DNA of 64,000 bases, taken from positions 1,302,001 to 1,366,000 of the forward strand of contig CM061248.1 of assembly GCA_022605425.2 (NCBI GenBank). The letters are read 5' to 3'. This document shows, piece after piece, positions 62,501 through 64,000 of the stretch. The notes beneath the pieces are model-generated. The model had not been told where the DNA came from and ran no database searches. It saw only the letters and a list, made by a program, of their open reading frames with translations. Numbering within the stretch: position 1 is the first letter of the stretch; each line of letters begins with the position of its first letter. This DNA is from Hamiltosporidium tvaerminnensis FI-OER-3-3 (lineage: Eukaryota > Fungi > Microsporidia). The translations under genes were made by a program, and so were the position numbers.

Positions 62501-63401
62501 TCTGGGGAGCAGATGGTGTGTGTCAACATTGCGGGAAGTCTGGTAAGACTGTGGATCATCTAGCAACTAGATGCGAAAAAATGCTAGGCCATGATTACAC
62601 TAGACGGCATAATGAAGTGGTCAGATGCCTACACCTTCTTCTTCTAAATAGATATAAGTTTAAGTCTTCAAAACGAATAAGGAGCCACTCAGTTCAAGAA
62701 ATTCTTGATAATGAGTATGCAGAGATAAGAGTGGACACCAGAATTAAAACTGATGTTAAAATTCGGAATAACAGACCGGACATATTTATTTTAGATAAGA
62801 AGAAGAATAAGATAACACTCATTGAAGTAGGAATCACTTCCCAAGATTCACTTCAAATAGTTGAAACTGAAAAACTTAGGAAGTATGACCTGCTAGCCAA
62901 TGAGTTGGGTCTTATTTATAAGTGTAGTGTTGAGATAATCCCTTATGTGATGACCTGGGACGGTATTGTGACAAAATACCATAAATCTCATCTTAAAAGA
63001 CTAGAAATACCCATGAATGTAGAGGCATACATTCAGTCTATAGTACTTAAGAAAACAGTCGAAACAATTTCCTTTGATCGACGAAGAGGACTTGAGTCAG
63101 GACTAAATGCCGAAGAGAGCTGGGAGAGAGCGTCAATGGGTGTTATTATGAGATCAGAGATGCATGAGGAACCAATACCCCCTTTAAAAGAAGCGAAAAG
63201 AGAGGAAGATGGTGTTAAAATTTTAAAACCAAAAAATAATACACCCCTTATTTCACAAGGAGGAACCACTCTGGAGGAACCGACCAATAACATAAATGAA
63301 GAGTCGGATTTGGAAGAAGAAACAATAGTGGTTAAAGAGGTAGAAGAAAACATATAAAAATGTTAAAAATATTTTAACCCAGAATTTTATTAAATAAATA
63401 A
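59594..63401 (+). mobile_element. Intact non-LTR retrotransposon, RLE-type (R4/Dong-like)
   Basis: Perfect 16-bp TSD GTTTTATTAGTTTGAA at 59578-59593 and 63402-63417. Single ORF. (TAAA)n tail. Confidence 0.95.
59596..63357 (+). CDS. Reverse transcriptase + CCHC zinc knuckle + restriction-like endonuclease (1253 aa)
   Basis: WKAAGIDG, YRPITC, WIDVKKAYDSI, GILQGDSLSP, LFIDDLKL, YKYLG, CQHC...TVDHLATRC, RHNEV, RPDIFILD...IEVGI, EKLRKY. Confidence 0.97.
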   Translation: MGRKKNVSSEISNNTKIKAANDADEVKKSDSEIQKCKLHPPAIPLPSSSYTTITPPPPSQTCSKMQNSGLDTLPSPNAPVPSSVEVSACEPSYDMTSPCTLAIPEGNRLMALRTIFDSVTADPKEWPRIVFFAVQTRFERMPRNGWTELHRYYNEKFGCTETLEVLKKLAQSEMGKDVKSEENGERRRIATCLADTCTLTDTTEYINLRDKFLSKIKEISENEIGKVVVRTRKHPNELVDSKVLDLINRVVGEYAGAHVPESITEAAYIMQAAQVCYDEATRKEKPRSAWKENIESKISKLVLSKDLLEKARKQEKLSTSETKSLKKIMREFNLNLSSVTDLSEALVKKNESLNVYEKKITMHESRKQFRKENRMFELFRGRFYRGLSERVEIEHVVSRDEIVSFWSTMWNKNDDTVTYDDYLIPFVSDNHPTTFPSLDEFVNIINWLPNWKAAGIDGIYNFFIKKLTTLHKYLYDIVKVICLEGTPQADWFYCGLTYLIPKGIPRRGSDYRPITCMSNLYKLTTKCVTKVVQLEVERRGLLAENQLGAVRGVQGAKEQALLNIALNKEYGNNLKATWIDVKKAYDSIDHAYLTQCIENLNLPDWILKFIKVIISKWKIDISVGPEKIMSKKIDRGILQGDSLSPLLFVLCMDPLSRKLNEKYTKVTVQTDAESHSTNHLLFIDDLKLLAKDSSTLSAMTGEAKEFLEVIGLEINKEKSATNDTCCEDTATLLEGVSVYKYLGIIEDSRGIPTRSSFEEVQSKLISRVERLCHTRLNAKNLFSAINQHAISLINYHIGVLRLEPADFSKLDDAVRAVLVKNKIHLRPGCKERLYLPRTELGRGLHSVELRSEHMLLQLLDCLEKSKEISTRRAAILKVENNNKTHLALIKGFLKVKYRLVEEVTKKSLEEAQLAKLYNEIEKRKLHSKLYNARKNELVSVSDSSRWLKRGNIRPRNEAVFCYIQDRNVFWGADGVCQHCGKSGKTVDHLATRCEKMLGHDYTRRHNEVVRCLHLLLLNRYKFKSSKRIRSHSVQEILDNEYAEIRVDTRIKTDVKIRNNRPDIFILDKKKNKITLIEVGITSQDSLQIVETEKLRKYDLLANELGLIYKCSVEIIPYVMTWDGIVTKYHKSHLKRLEIPMNVEAYIQSIVLKKTVETISFDRRRGLESGLNAEESWERASMGVIMRSEMHEEPIPPLKEAKREEDGVKILKPKNNTPLISQGGTTLEEPTNNINEESDLEEETIVVKEVEENI

Positions 63402-63769
63402 GTTTTATTAGTTTGAATAGTATTTATTTATTTTTTCGAAACTTTTGAACATTAATATCCTTTGTTTTTGTTCTGATGTCTAAACGAAAAAATCAGAAGA
63501 GATTTCAACGAAAGAACTGGTTACATAGAGTTGTCATGTGAAAAGCGTGTTTCTACCAAATATATTTTACATAAGGCAGCGTTTACTCTTGTGGGTTTTT
63601 TTGTCTTTCTAAGGGTGAATCGTAAAGAAACTTACACCTTTAAATGGCTTATCTGTTGGAACCGTTAATATTTTTGGTAACAGTAAATACCCTGTTAAAT
63701 AATACTTGTATATTATTATCACTCTTTACTCCATTACATATTCACATAAAATTTATCCTAATTCCCTTA

Positions 63770-63935
63770 TCACTAAACCCTTTAATATACTAAAATCTAA
63801 ATTAACAACCCGTTAACTTAATATAAATTTACAAACACCCTTTAATATACTACGCTATATATTAACACCCTTTAACCTAGTACGCTATATATTAACACAC
63901 TTTAACATACTACACTATATATTAACACTTTTTAA
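63770..63935. repeat. Degenerate ~30-bp tandem repeat (TTAACACCCTTTAA-type)
   Basis: CTATATATTAACAC(C/A/T)(C/T)TTTAA recurs at 30-bp spacing. Confidence 0.7.
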
Positions 63936-64000
63936 TAAAAATCACATAATTAACCATTTAGTTAATATACCTTTATAATTAAAACAATACCCCTATATTT

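Noticed and set aside
59900-63353. Antisense ORFs within the retrotransposon (and within PGK, the eIF3a-like gene and the membrane genes)
   Set aside because: Shadow ORFs of real coding sequences.
63770-64000. Telomeric repeats
   Set aside because: The unit is a degenerate ~30-mer, not a short perfect G-rich repeat.

Overview
Extremely AT-rich, gene-sparse, essentially intronless eukaryotic DNA with the hallmarks of a large-genome microsporidian. The evidence is CCC/GGG motifs just upstream of start codons, reduced and divergent housekeeping genes, and expanded secreted or LRR families; Hamiltosporidium-like is an inference only. Housekeeping genes: a Tim17/22/23-family protein, a divergent eIF3a-like protein, a homeobox protein, SmD3, a Tho1/SARNP-like SAP protein and PGK. 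Accessory genes: a signal-peptide kinase plus a pseudokinase paralog, two TMEM198/DUF4203-like membrane proteins, a secreted hypothetical protein and several pseudogenes. There is one intact RT + restriction-like-endonuclease (R4/Dong-like) non-LTR retrotransposon with a perfect 16-bp TSD, and many short 3' stubs of it. The ORF track misses three things: (1) a 40-aa, 11-Cys metallothionein-like gene at 9023-9145 (-); (2) a family of about 720-nt non-coding, apparently highly structured retroposed elements (7 copies, the youngest two with 12-14 bp TSDs, no tRNA/7SL/5S head recognised); (3) short RTE-like non-autonomous elements. All alignments and foldings were done by eye.
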